This document shows positions 1-9,669 of a stretch of 64,000 bases of DNA, in pieces. The translations under genes were made by a program, and so were the position numbers. Position 1 is the stretch's first letter. Each line of letters begins with the position of its first letter. Origin of the DNA: a bacterium (lineage in GTDB: Bacteria > Synergistota > GBS-1); NCBI GenBank assembly GCA_030153785.1, contig JASKLF010000002.1, forward strand, positions 38,565 through 102,564, written 5' to 3'. The notes beneath the pieces are model-generated. The model was not told the DNA's origin. It was given only the letters and a program-made list of their open reading frames with translations, and did no database searches.

Positions 1-671
1 CCTTTAATAAAGCAACCCTTTCTTCAATACTATCAACTTCATAGAATTCTCTCTCAAGAAGCTTCCTTCTAAATTCGACACCGTTAGGGGTCAAGCTTCC
101 CAAAAAACCAAAAGGAAAAGACGAAAACGCATCTATACCGAAAGACTTCAACTTAATGATTTCAGAGGCAGCGTGAATTTCATCATTCATAACTACCAAT
201 ACCCCTTGACCAATAGCATCAAAACAGGAAGCCACCCTAATAGCGTTGTAGAGATTTCTTAACGCATCACTCCCAGGAAAACTCAAAGGATACATTGCCC
301 CCGTGAATACAACAGGGGTAGAACCTCCATATAGTAGGTCAACCATATAGGCCGTTTCCTCAAGAGCATCAGTCCCATGGGTTACAACTATTCCATCATA
401 GCCTTTAGAAAGCTCCCTTATTAGAAAAACTAACTCCAACACATCTTTAGCGCTTAAATGCGCCGACGGTAAAAGCTTCCACTCCCTAACATCTACCTCA
501 GATACTGCCGGAGGAAGCTTAGGCAATTTAGAAACGAGATCAATTCCTTTAAGTCGTGGCATAAAACCCCCATCATCGGCCTCATCCATTGAAATCGTCC
601 CACCAGTGGTAATTACAACAACCCTGCTTTCTCCTATCTTAAAACACCTCCTTTTGAAAACATTTTAACAT
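1..671 (-). CDS. L-asparaginase, type I family (3' end runs off the window; start uncertain, ATG 671 or GTG 647)
   Basis: The reverse-strand translation reads ...SRVVVITTGGTISMDE...GIVVTHGTDALEETAY...TGAM.... This contains the TGGTI catalytic-Thr motif and the HGTD motif of the asparaginase/glutaminase family. The ORF is missing from the ORF track because it is truncated. A GGAGG box abuts GTG 647, and ATG 671 has no obvious SD. Confidence 0.7.
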
Positions 672-702
672 AAAAATGATGGCCGTGAAAGGGTTATCTT
701 GC

Positions 703-1683
703 TTAGATATCCCGATAAGCTTTAATTCCATTAATACTTTCCGCACGCATAATAGCGTTTAAAACCGATTCGGCTACGACTTCTGCTGCCAAAGCTCCAA
801 CAAGACTAACGTCCGCTTCAATTTCACCCACAGACAGAGCGTATAAGGTATCCCCATCAAGCATTGTATGGCAAGGCCTTATAACTCTAGCAAGTCCATC
901 ATGAGCCATAAAGGCAACCCTTCTGGCTTCGGCCTTACTAAGCTTAGCATTGGTTGCAACAACTCCAATTGTAGTGTTTTCTGAAAAGACACTTTTAATA
1001 TCGCCATCCATATAAAGCCTTTCCATAACCTCTATGGTATCAGCAAAGCCAGACCCATCTTCTTTCAGAGCTCCTGCGATTATCCTTCCAGTTTTAGGAT
1101 CTATAATATCACCCAAAGCGTTAACGGCAACGATAGCACCAATTACAAGCTCCCCCACCCTTTTTGAAGAACTTCCTATGCCTCCCTTCATAGCGTTCTT
1201 AATCCCCAGAATTTTTCCAACTGTAGCACCCGTTCCCGCCCCATAGTTACCCTGTTCCAAATGCTCACTGCTGGCAACTAAGCAAGCTTGGTAGCCCATT
1301 TTTTTATCAGGCCTCACACGAGAAGACCCTACATGGAGATCGAACAAGACAGAGGCAGGAACTATTGGAACTACTGTAGCGCCAACGTCAAAACCAATTC
1401 CTCTTTCCTCCAAGTACTGGACTACCCCACAAGCACCCTCTAAGCCAAAGGCACTACCTCCACTTAAAAAGACGGCGTGTACCTTTTCAACCAAATTTTC
1501 GGGCCTTAACAACTCCGTTTCTCTACTTCCTGGTGCCCCACCCCTAACATCAACGCCACAAACAGCGCCTCTTTCACATAATACGACCGTGCAACCTGTA
1601 AGAGCATTTAAATCGGTTACCTGTCCCACCTTTATACCTGGAACATCTAAGATGGTAGCTTCCTTTTTCATTTTAACCACCAC
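703..1683 (-). CDS. DmpA/BapA-type aminopeptidase (peptidase family P1/S58)
   Basis: 326 aa. The N-terminal G(I/V)KVGQ...TGCTVV...GGAPG(S/T)RET and GGSAFGL motifs are typical of L-aminopeptidase/D-esterase DmpA-like Ntn hydrolases. Its start overlaps the stop of the upstream OPT gene. Confidence 0.8.
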   Translation of the reverse strand: MVVKMKKEATILDVPGIKVGQVTDLNALTGCTVVLCERGAVCGVDVRGGAPGSRETELLRPENLVEKVHAVFLSGGSAFGLEGACGVVQYLEERGIGFDVGATVVPIVPASVLFDLHVGSSRVRPDKKMGYQACLVASSEHLEQGNYGAGTGATVGKILGIKNAMKGGIGSSSKRVGELVIGAIVAVNALGDIIDPKTGRIIAGALKEDGSGFADTIEVMERLYMDGDIKSVFSENTTIGVVATNAKLSKAEARRVAFMAHDGLARVIRPCHTMLDGDTLYALSVGEIEADVSLVGALAAEVVAESVLNAIMRAESINGIKAYRDI

Positions 1684-3307
1684 TTAAAACTTTAATTATG
1701 GCCAAAAGAACCCCTGTAAAGCCTTCTCCCCCTAAGAACCCAGAAGAAATAAGGGTTCCCTCCTCCACATAGTTAGGACGTCTCTTTTCAACAAAATACC
1801 TAAGGATACCACCAAGACCAGCCGTTGTAGAAATTACCATGGGAAGGTACATACCTATTCCTATCGTCATCGCCGGAATTCTCAGGAAATACAAGACCAC
1901 ACCCGAAAAAAGTCCTATCAGGAAAGCATTAGGGTCTGGAAGCCCTTGAACCATGGTAGAAACAGCATAAGCCTGAGGAGCCACCAAATACTTGCCAGGC
2001 CCCATGGGTCCATAGGCTTTATGCATGACAAAGAGAACCACTATGGAAATAAAAGCTCCTATAAATCCCCCAACTGCTTCAGATAGTAGCTGGGCTTTGG
2101 GATTGGTTTTCAATATATATCCAGCCTTGAAATCTTGGAGAGCATCACCAGCAAGTCCACAAGCAATAGCAACAACTGCAGCTATCAAAAAGGCTTCTAT
2201 ATAGTCAAGTGTAAAGAAAAGCTTTACAAATAATAAAACCAATATGCCAAAAATTTCCATCGGGTCTATTCCTGTTTGTCCAGTTATCGTAGCTGCCATT
2301 ACCACAGTTGCCCAAACTCCTAAAATGGTTATCACACTTGGCAGTGGTCTCATCTCGGTAAAAGTGGCAAGGGCAAAAGCAACCAAGACAAACAATAAAG
2401 GAGCCCACTTAAGATTAATCCGCTCTCCTTCTCCAGACCTTCCACCAAGCATTGGAGCGAAAATCTCCCGAGCTCTGGGTAAAACACCTTTTAACAAAAC
2501 GCCTATCCCGGCACCCACGATTAACCCTATCCCCATGCTATTCTTAAAGGCATTCGCCATATCTAAGTTAGAAAACCACCCCAAAGAAACTCCCACAGGA
2601 ATTAAAAAGAAATAACTCACCAATGCTCCTAAGAACCATGTCCCCATATATAAAGGACCTATCACATACCCTATACCTAAAGCCATTGGAGATAACCACG
2701 CACCGAAGAAAACATTTTTAGAGAAAAGCCACTGAGATGTAAGAGCCGCTGGAACAAGACCAAATTGATCCCTTAAAGCGGTAAAAAGCGCTGCTCCTCC
2801 CAAAGAAGAAAATAAAATTTTTCCCTTCCTACCACCCTCATCTCCGGCAATAAGCGTCTGGGAAGCAGCTATTCCCATTGGGAAAGGAAGTTTCTCAGTC
2901 TCTATAAAATACTTTCTTATAGGCCCTGTAAATACGACACCTAAAGCGACGCCACATAAAGCTACTACAATCAAGCTCGTAACATTTACTTGAGCATCAG
3001 GTTTTACCATCCATATGCCAGGAACAGTAAAGGCTACACCACCAGCTACAAGACCTCCTGCAGACATGGCAGTATGAGTTACATTGATCTCATTTATGTT
3101 CGTACTACCCATAGCTTTTAAAATAGTTAAAGAAAGAATAGCAACAAAAATGGTTGGCCAAGGTAAAGCCCCCATACGAAGGGCTACATAGGTAGAGCTC
3201 GCAGTTATAATCACAGCACCAACAGCCCCAATAACAATACCCCTCAAGGTAAGTTGCTCACCAAAGCTCTTAGCATACCGAATCTTACCATTTTCTGAAT
3301 TTGCCAT
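1673..3307 (-). CDS. OPT-family oligopeptide transporter
   Basis: Polytopic membrane protein of about 545 aa with an OPT-like organisation. I prefer ATG 3307 (GGGAGAGGA 6 nt upstream, 2 nt after the stop of the upstream gene) over the track start at 3337. Confidence 0.75.
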   Translation of the reverse strand: MANSENGKIRYAKSFGEQLTLRGIVIGAVGAVIITASSTYVALRMGALPWPTIFVAILSLTILKAMGSTNINEINVTHTAMSAGGLVAGGVAFTVPGIWMVKPDAQVNVTSLIVVALCGVALGVVFTGPIRKYFIETEKLPFPMGIAASQTLIAGDEGGRKGKILFSSLGGAALFTALRDQFGLVPAALTSQWLFSKNVFFGAWLSPMALGIGYVIGPLYMGTWFLGALVSYFFLIPVGVSLGWFSNLDMANAFKNSMGIGLIVGAGIGVLLKGVLPRAREIFAPMLGGRSGEGERINLKWAPLLFVLVAFALATFTEMRPLPSVITILGVWATVVMAATITGQTGIDPMEIFGILVLLFVKLFFTLDYIEAFLIAAVVAIACGLAGDALQDFKAGYILKTNPKAQLLSEAVGGFIGAFISIVVLFVMHKAYGPMGPGKYLVAPQAYAVSTMVQGLPDPNAFLIGLFSGVVLYFLRIPAMTIGIGMYLPMVISTTAGLGGILRYFVEKRRPNYVEEGTLISSGFLGGEGFTGVLLAIIKVLSGG

Positions 3308-3309
3308 CT

Positions 3310-4593
3310 TTAATCCTCTCCCAACAATTTTAAGCATTCCTTCAAAATATCAAAGGCTTTCTCGAGCTCGCTCTTTGATATAACAAGAGGTGGTTGAAAT
3401 CTAATAACATTACCGTTAACTCCTCCAACACCAATAAGCAATCCCTTTTCCCTACAAAGATCCCTTAACCTTTGAGCCTCCTCCAAAGCGGGAGTTTTGT
3501 TTTCATCTTTGATGAGCTCTATTCCTATCATTAAGCCCTTACCTCTAATATCGCCTACGAGCTCAAATTCATCCTTTAGTTCCATAAGCTTTTCCATAAA
3601 CCATTTGCCTTTCTCTTCCGCTTGCTGGGGAAGATTCTCGCGAAGCATAAAATCAATGTTTGCCAAAGCAGCAGCACAAGAAACAGGATTTCCCCCAAAG
3701 GTACTCAAGTGGTCCCCCGGCTTAAAGGCATTCGCAAGCTCCTCTCTCGCTATGAAAGCCCCCAAAGGAAAGCCATCAGCTATTCCCTTAGCCATGGTCA
3801 TACCGTCAGGCTCAACACCATAGTGTTCTATGGCAAACATCTTTCCCGTTCTCCCAAAACCGCTCTGAACCTCGTCAGCTATGAAAAGAATCTCATACCT
3901 GTCAAGGATAGCTTTTATTTCCTTAAAATACTCCGGTGGAGGAACTATAATTCCTCCTTCACCCAACACTGGCTCTGCAAAAAATGCGGCAACACTACCG
4001 CTTGTGTTAAATCTTATAACATCCTCAAGAAACTTAGCACACCTTAATTCACAATTAGGATAGCTAAGACCGAACGAACAGCGATAGCAATAGGGAGCAG
4101 GAATAAACGTTGTTCCCGACAAATAGGGACCACCATTCCTTTTTCTACCCATGTTACCTGTTATACTTAAAGTTCCTACAGTTCTACCGTGAAAAGAACA
4201 CTGAAGAGCTATAAACTCATACTTCCCCGTAAACTGCTTGGAAGCTCTCATGGCAGCCTCGTTAGCCTCAGCTCCGCTATTAGAAAAGAAGGTCTTTTTT
4301 AACCTACCAGGTGTAATTTGGGCGAGCTTCTCAGCCAAATCAGCCACAGGCTTTATATAGTAAACATATGTGCAAGCATGTATTAGCTTTTCCATCTGTT
4401 CTTTAGCAGCTTTTATAACTTCCTCATTGCAATGACCTGCATTAACCACAGCTATCCCCGCAAAGCAATCTATATACTCTTTCCCATCCTCAGCGTATAT
4501 CACTGCTCCTTTAGCTCTTTCAATAACAACAGGCTCAATGGCTTTAACCATGCTCGTATTAACATACTCCTTATATTTTTCTATAGTCCTCAT
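3310..4593 (-). CDS. Class-III PLP-dependent aminotransferase (omega-amino acid / 4-aminobutyrate / acetylornithine type)
   Basis: 427 aa. Motifs are SGAEANE, ADEVQSGFGRTGKMFA, and the PLP-lysine context TMAKGIADGFPLGA. Confidence 0.85.
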   Translation of the reverse strand: MRTIEKYKEYVNTSMVKAIEPVVIERAKGAVIYAEDGKEYIDCFAGIAVVNAGHCNEEVIKAAKEQMEKLIHACTYVYYIKPVADLAEKLAQITPGRLKKTFFSNSGAEANEAAMRASKQFTGKYEFIALQCSFHGRTVGTLSITGNMGRKRNGGPYLSGTTFIPAPYCYRCSFGLSYPNCELRCAKFLEDVIRFNTSGSVAAFFAEPVLGEGGIIVPPPEYFKEIKAILDRYEILFIADEVQSGFGRTGKMFAIEHYGVEPDGMTMAKGIADGFPLGAFIAREELANAFKPGDHLSTFGGNPVSCAAALANIDFMLRENLPQQAEEKGKWFMEKLMELKDEFELVGDIRGKGLMIGIELIKDENKTPALEEAQRLRDLCREKGLLIGVGGVNGNVIRFQPPLVISKSELEKAFDILKECLKLLGED

Positions 4594-5830
4594 CCTTATC
4601 CCCCCTTAAGAAGTTTAATATGCTTAAGGCATAAATTCTGGCTGTATCAAGAAGCTCATCTATCCTAACATACTCGTCAACCTGATGCGGGACTTCCCTA
4701 TCCCCCGCCCCTATAACCACAACGGGAATATTCTTCCACGCTCTTAAGAAGGTACCATCGGTAGCGCCAGGCACCCCATTATAAACAGGCTCCCTATTTC
4801 TAACCTTTACATAGGCCCTATGCACTGCTTTAACAAGAGGATCATCCTTTGGAGTACTGACACAAGGTCTTTCCTCTATAACATCAAGCTGATATTTAAA
4901 ATCCTCAAGCTCAAACTTTATATTATCCAACGAGCTCTTCATTTTATCGATCAATCCTTTTTCGTCCTGTCCGGGGACTGTTCTGATATCGTATGCTATC
5001 AAGCTATCCTCAGGAATAACGTTAAGCTGACCCTTCCCATGGGAAGGGGACATTACGACCGTAGGAGTTATGCTTGGATAGCCCAAATACCTATGACAGC
5101 CAAGCCTTTGCTTCTCCTCAAGCTCAAGATCTCTTAACTTCAATATAGCCTTAGCCATACCTATATTTGGATTTACGCCAGCATAGGGCATACACCCATG
5201 AGCCATTTTCCCCTTAATCCTAAGAAGAGCCCTGATCGCTCCCTTTATATCAAGGCAAATTTGATTATCAACGGGCTCACAAATTATCGCTCCATCTATA
5301 TCATCAGCCCACCCTCGTCTTATAAACTCTTTTATGCCGATCATCATGCCTTCCTCGTCAACAGGGATACATAAAACTATTTTGCCTGGAAACTCTATTC
5401 CCGAATCTTTGATAGCTTTAGCCGCTATTATAGCTGCAGCAAGATTTCCTTTAGTATCACATGCTCCCCTTCCATAAATTTTTCCATTTACAATCTCTCC
5501 ACCAAAGGGATGATACGTCCACTGAGAAAAATCCCCCGGTGTAACCACATCAGTATGCCCCTCAAGAAGAACAGTTTTCCCGGGAAAGCTACCCCTAAGA
5601 AGCCCAACGACATTGGGCCTCTTAGGGGCAACTTCTTCCATATATACTTCAAATCCCATTTCCACCAATCTTTGATATAGGAAAGTAGCTATCTTCTCTT
5701 CATTCGCATCCTCATCAGAAGGGTCGTAGACGCTGGGAATCTTCACAAGCTCTTGAGTTAAAGACACAAGCTCTTCCTCCCTTATAAGATCCAAAACCTT
5801 CCTTTCCCAGATAGAATCCAGCATAATCAC
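4571..5830 (-). CDS. M20-family metallopeptidase/deacylase (ArgE/DapE/dipeptidase type)
   Basis: 419 aa. Metal ligand motifs are LEGHTDVV, GRGACDTKG and VDEEG. The start is either GTG 5830 (GTGA overlap with the symporter stop) or ATG 5824 (GGGGGTG SD). Confidence 0.8.
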   Translation of the reverse strand: MIMLDSIWERKVLDLIREEELVSLTQELVKIPSVYDPSDEDANEEKIATFLYQRLVEMGFEVYMEEVAPKRPNVVGLLRGSFPGKTVLLEGHTDVVTPGDFSQWTYHPFGGEIVNGKIYGRGACDTKGNLAAAIIAAKAIKDSGIEFPGKIVLCIPVDEEGMMIGIKEFIRRGWADDIDGAIICEPVDNQICLDIKGAIRALLRIKGKMAHGCMPYAGVNPNIGMAKAILKLRDLELEEKQRLGCHRYLGYPSITPTVVMSPSHGKGQLNVIPEDSLIAYDIRTVPGQDEKGLIDKMKSSLDNIKFELEDFKYQLDVIEERPCVSTPKDDPLVKAVHRAYVKVRNREPVYNGVPGATDGTFLRAWKNIPVVVIGAGDREVPHQVDEYVRIDELLDTARIYALSILNFLRGDKDEDYRKI

Positions 5831-7308
5831 CCCCAGAATTTTCGTATGGTTTCCTCCTTAGGAGGCTTAGTTATAAGTGAAACAACGACAAAGGCAAAAA
5901 GCCCAAGCAACAAGGTCAAAACTATGGGATGAGTCCCAAAGGGTCTCTTCCAATACTGGCTTAACAAAATAAAGCTCATCACTCCTACTATAATGGAAGC
6001 TATAGCTCCAGGTGCATTTGCCCTCTTCCAATAAAGCCCCAAAATTATCAACCAGAAGAAGGTAGCTTCAAGGCCACCGAAGGCAAACAAGTTTATCCAT
6101 ACAATCAAAGAGGGCGGCTTTATGGCCAAAAGAAGCACCATTAAACTGATGATTGCCGTTACAATCATACTGAGCTTTGATATCTTTCCCTTGTCAGCCG
6201 TAGGATTTATATAGTTAAGATAGAGATCCTTAACTATCGCACTAGAGGCAAGTATTAGCTGAGAGTCTACGGTAGACATTATCGCCGCAAGAGGAGCGGC
6301 TAAAAGCAAACCAGCTAACCATGGGGGAAGCAAGTTCAAAGCAAGAAGAGGTATAACGGCATCCCTGCCTAACCCCTTTGGAATCTCAGGAATTATAACT
6401 CTAGCTATGACACCCGCAAGGTGAAGAGAAAGCATGAGAAAACCTAAAACAAACGTCCCTACAATCATGGCCGTGTGCATAGACTTCGAATCCCTATACG
6501 CCATAGCTCTTAAAGCGTTTTGTGGAAGCCCTATTATCCCTATACACACTAATATCCAAAAAGAGGATATCCACGGGATAGAAATAAAATTTTTAACCCC
6601 AAATGGGGTTAATAGCTCAGGATTGATATCATAAAGGGACTGCATAGCGTTAAAAGGACCTCCCACCTTTTTAAAAGCCACTATCATCAACACAGTAATA
6701 CCAATAAACATAACTATGCCTTGAATAACATCACTCAAAACCACAGCCCTGAAGCCTCCGTAGGTAACATAAATCATCACAACAAAGCCAAAAAGTAATA
6801 ACCCCCAGACATATGGTAAGCCGGTCAAAGTCTGAAGAAGCTTAGCCCCACCAACAAACTGCGCAACAACTGCTACCATTAAGAAAATAACTGCGCCCAA
6901 GGAGGCTAACCAAACCAATACAGGGTTATTATCATACCTTTCCCTCAAAACATCTATTAGAGTTACTGCGTTTACCTTTCTCGATATTATCGCAAACCTT
7001 TTGCCTAAAATGCCCAATGTAACGTAAGCAGCTGGAAGCTGTGTCATTGCGAGCAAAATCCATCCAAGCCCCTGGGAATAAGCTACACCAGGACCTCCTA
7101 AATAACTTGATGCACTGACATAAGTAGCAACAAGAGTCATGGCTACGACAAAACCGCTAAAGTTAGCTCTTCCGAGAAAATACTCTCCTAAGAAGTCTTC
7201 TTCCTCTTTCAATTTTTTGCTACTATAAAACCCTATGTATATGACAATTCCAAGATAAACTATTAAAGGCACCCAAATCTGTATCAAGACCTCCTTTGAA
7301 AGGCTCAT
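5827..7308 (-). CDS. Sodium:solute symporter family protein, PanF/PutP-like
   Basis: 493 aa with about 13 predicted TM segments and an SSF-like sequence. It is preceded by a YhdT-like small membrane protein, as in the yhdT-panF arrangement of E. coli. Confidence 0.75.
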   Translation of the reverse strand: MSLSKEVLIQIWVPLIVYLGIVIYIGFYSSKKLKEEEDFLGEYFLGRANFSGFVVAMTLVATYVSASSYLGGPGVAYSQGLGWILLAMTQLPAAYVTLGILGKRFAIISRKVNAVTLIDVLRERYDNNPVLVWLASLGAVIFLMVAVVAQFVGGAKLLQTLTGLPYVWGLLLFGFVVMIYVTYGGFRAVVLSDVIQGIVMFIGITVLMIVAFKKVGGPFNAMQSLYDINPELLTPFGVKNFISIPWISSFWILVCIGIIGLPQNALRAMAYRDSKSMHTAMIVGTFVLGFLMLSLHLAGVIARVIIPEIPKGLGRDAVIPLLALNLLPPWLAGLLLAAPLAAIMSTVDSQLILASSAIVKDLYLNYINPTADKGKISKLSMIVTAIISLMVLLLAIKPPSLIVWINLFAFGGLEATFFWLIILGLYWKRANAPGAIASIIVGVMSFILLSQYWKRPFGTHPIVLTLLLGLFAFVVVSLITKPPKEETIRKFWG

Positions 7309-7310
7309 CT

Positions 7311-7595
7311 TTATGCACCTCCTTTATTCTCCGGATCGAGAGGAATATCTTTAAAGAAGATGGGTACAAGTATGGCAACTAAAAGACTAAATACTACGAA
7401 ACTTGCTATACAGCTCCAGAAAAACCAGGCAGGAAACCCCATAACGTAAGAATATTCTTGAGGAGGTTTCGAACCTAACCCGTAGGCAGAGACAAACCAC
7501 CATACAATGTTAGACAAAAGAAGGACAAAAACCACAATCGCTTCCTTTCGCGTCTGGGCATATCTTGGATCTTCTTTAAAACGCTCTCTTTCCAT
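7311..7595 (-). CDS. YhdT-like small membrane protein (DUF997)
   Basis: 94 aa with two TM helices. ATG 7595 is preceded by AAGGAGGG. The track start at 7643 would overlap a near-consensus promoter. The stop lies 2 nt before the symporter start. Confidence 0.6.
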   Translation of the reverse strand: MERERFKEDPRYAQTRKEAIVVFVLLLSNIVWWFVSAYGLGSKPPQEYSYVMGFPAWFFWSCIASFVVFSLLVAILVPIFFKDIPLDPENKGGA

Positions 7596-7626
7596 GAAAC
7601 ATCCCTCCTTCTTAGAAATTTCCTTT

Positions 7627-7655
7627 ATTATAAACCTACCCATCTAATACAGCAA
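7627..7655 (-). promoter_or_regulatory. Sigma-70-type promoter for the minus-strand peptide/amino-acid operon
   Basis: On the minus strand: TTGCTG (7655-7650), 17 nt spacer, TATAAT (7632-7627), about 30 nt upstream of ATG 7595. Confidence 0.55.
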
Positions 7656-7711
7656 GACATGGCAGAAAACCCAAGGGGAAAAAACAAGATAATCTTTAGA
7701 CACTTGCCGAC

Positions 7712-7740
7712 TTGATATACAACTTAGATTCCTGTATCAT
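7712..7740 (+). promoter_or_regulatory. Candidate promoter for the diguanylate cyclase-gcv transcription unit
   Basis: TTGATA (7712-7717), 17 nt spacer, TATCAT (7735-7740) preceded by TG. It lies 21 nt upstream of ATG 7762. Confidence 0.45.
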
Positions 7741-7761
7741 TGAAAAGAGGAGGCATGGAAG

Positions 7762-9648
7762 ATGAAAAGGTGGCTTCTCTCCAAAATTCCTGTAATAGCT
7801 GCTATTGTGATATTCATAGCTACCCCTATAACCCTCTTGTTTATCTTCAAGTCGATAGAGAACACGGTCTATTCAGCGGAAGGGAATCTAATAAGTGCCA
7901 CGTTAGACACCCTTATAAGCTTTATAGAAGCGCAGTTCAAAAACTTAAATCAAGAAAAAGAAATTCACACCAAACAAGTCCACGAAAAGCTAATAAAATG
8001 GACAAACATCATTGACGAGATCCTACAGAACGAAAAGGGGAACACGGAAAAAGGCAATTTAATAGAAAGACTTGCCACAATGAACGATGCTACTTTTATA
8101 GTATATAACAGAAGCTTAAACATCTTTGGGAAAAGGGTAGCCCTCCCTCAAGAGATATTAAACAGAATATTTAAAAGATTATCCCACCAAGAGTATCTAT
8201 TTATGAAATTCAATGAAGGCGATAATCCAGCGCTTATCTACGCTAAAAAGTTTCTTAAAGGGGGCAACATCATAATATCTATCTACCCCCTCGATGAGCT
8301 GGAAAACTTCTTAAGAAAATTAGAACACGAGGTTATAAGAACTATAAGAGAAACAATAATATCATTAAGAATAGAAGAAAGAGGTTATGTGGTTGTAATA
8401 TCCGGGAAAAAAGAAACCTTCTTCGCTCACCCAAACCCAAAATTCGATGGAAAACCTGTTCCTTTAGAACCTGAAAGAAATAGAAACTTAATGAAGATCA
8501 TAAGAGAATCTGTAACCAAAGGGGAAGGACTCTTTAACTACTTATGGTATGGCGATGAAGAAAACAAAGTGGTATCAAAATTAGCCTTTGTTAGATATTA
8601 CAAGCCTCTTGACTGGTACATATTGGGGACTATTTATGAAGACGACCTTAGAAAGATAATTAGGAAGTATAACTTTTTAGCCGCCACATTAGTGGGCATA
8701 GGCTCGACTATAGCTTTAATTCTCTACCTAACTCTAACTAGAAAACTAAGGGAAAACGTCAGGAACTTAAAGCCGACTTGGGAAACAGCGGGCGTGGGGT
8801 TAGTCACATGTTTAAATGGTGGATGGGAAATAGTAGAAATTAATAACCACTTTGAGTATATCTTGGGCAGAAAACGGAATGAAATAATAGGAAAACCGAT
8901 AACGAACTTCGTTCACACGGAAGATTATATCCCCTTCACCGAATACCTGGAGAAAGCGCATTACAAATCTTACAGCGATTTTCAAGCCAGGCTTCTGAAA
9001 GGCGAAGGCGAAATCGTTTATGCTATAATAAGATCGTCATTAATTAGAGAAAGAAACTTGCTTTTGCTTTCTGTAACCGACATCACCAAGATGATAGAAT
9101 TACAAAGGGAGTTGGAAAAAGCCAATGAAATTCTACAAAGCTTGTCTTCTAGAGATCATTTAACAGGCGCTTTCAATAGAAGAACCTTCGAGAACATACT
9201 GAAAGAGGAGCTTGAAAGGGCAAAATCGGAAAAAGAACACATATCTTTGATAATGCTTGACATAGACCACTTTAAGAGAATAAATGATACTCATGGTCAT
9301 TTAGTAGGAGATTACATCCTTAAAAGCTTAGTGAAGCTCTTAGGGTCTAAGCTACGGTTAGAGGATACTATCTTTAGATATGGCGGAGAAGAGTTTTTCA
9401 TACTACTTTTAAAAACGGACAAGAAAAAGGCTTTAAACATCGCTGAAAGATTAAGGAATGAAATAGAAAACTATGAATTCAACTACAGAGGTAAGGATAA
9501 AGCTCCTTTCAAAATCAGACTTACCTGTAGCTTTGGGGTTTCCACATTTCCAGAGGATGGAGATAGATTAGAAGAGCTTATATCAAAAGCAGATGAGGCC
9601 CTTTACCGAGCTAAAAAAGAGGGGAGAAATAGGGTAAAATCCGCATAA
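7762..9648 (+). CDS. Sensor diguanylate cyclase (N-terminal TM, Cache-like periplasmic domain, TM, PAS, GGDEF)
   Basis: 628 aa. The C-terminal GGDEF domain has an intact GGEEF active site and an RLED (RxxD) I-site 5 residues upstream. A PAS-like segment spans roughly residues 340-450. GAGGAGG lies 8 nt upstream of the ATG. Confidence 0.85.
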   Translation: MKRWLLSKIPVIAAIVIFIATPITLLFIFKSIENTVYSAEGNLISATLDTLISFIEAQFKNLNQEKEIHTKQVHEKLIKWTNIIDEILQNEKGNTEKGNLIERLATMNDATFIVYNRSLNIFGKRVALPQEILNRIFKRLSHQEYLFMKFNEGDNPALIYAKKFLKGGNIIISIYPLDELENFLRKLEHEVIRTIRETIISLRIEERGYVVVISGKKETFFAHPNPKFDGKPVPLEPERNRNLMKIIRESVTKGEGLFNYLWYGDEENKVVSKLAFVRYYKPLDWYILGTIYEDDLRKIIRKYNFLAATLVGIGSTIALILYLTLTRKLRENVRNLKPTWETAGVGLVTCLNGGWEIVEINNHFEYILGRKRNEIIGKPITNFVHTEDYIPFTEYLEKAHYKSYSDFQARLLKGEGEIVYAIIRSSLIRERNLLLLSVTDITKMIELQRELEKANEILQSLSSRDHLTGAFNRRTFENILKEELERAKSEKEHISLIMLDIDHFKRINDTHGHLVGDYILKSLVKLLGSKLRLEDTIFRYGGEEFFILLLKTDKKKALNIAERLRNEIENYEFNYRGKDKAPFKIRLTCSFGVSTFPEDGDRLEELISKADEALYRAKKEGRNRVKSA

Positions 9649-9669
9649 CTCTCAAAGGGAGGTGAAATA

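Noticed and set aside
9649-9669. Looked for a glycine riboswitch upstream of gcvT.
   Set aside because: The gap is only 21 nt and holds nothing but an SD. No riboswitch-sized element is possible.
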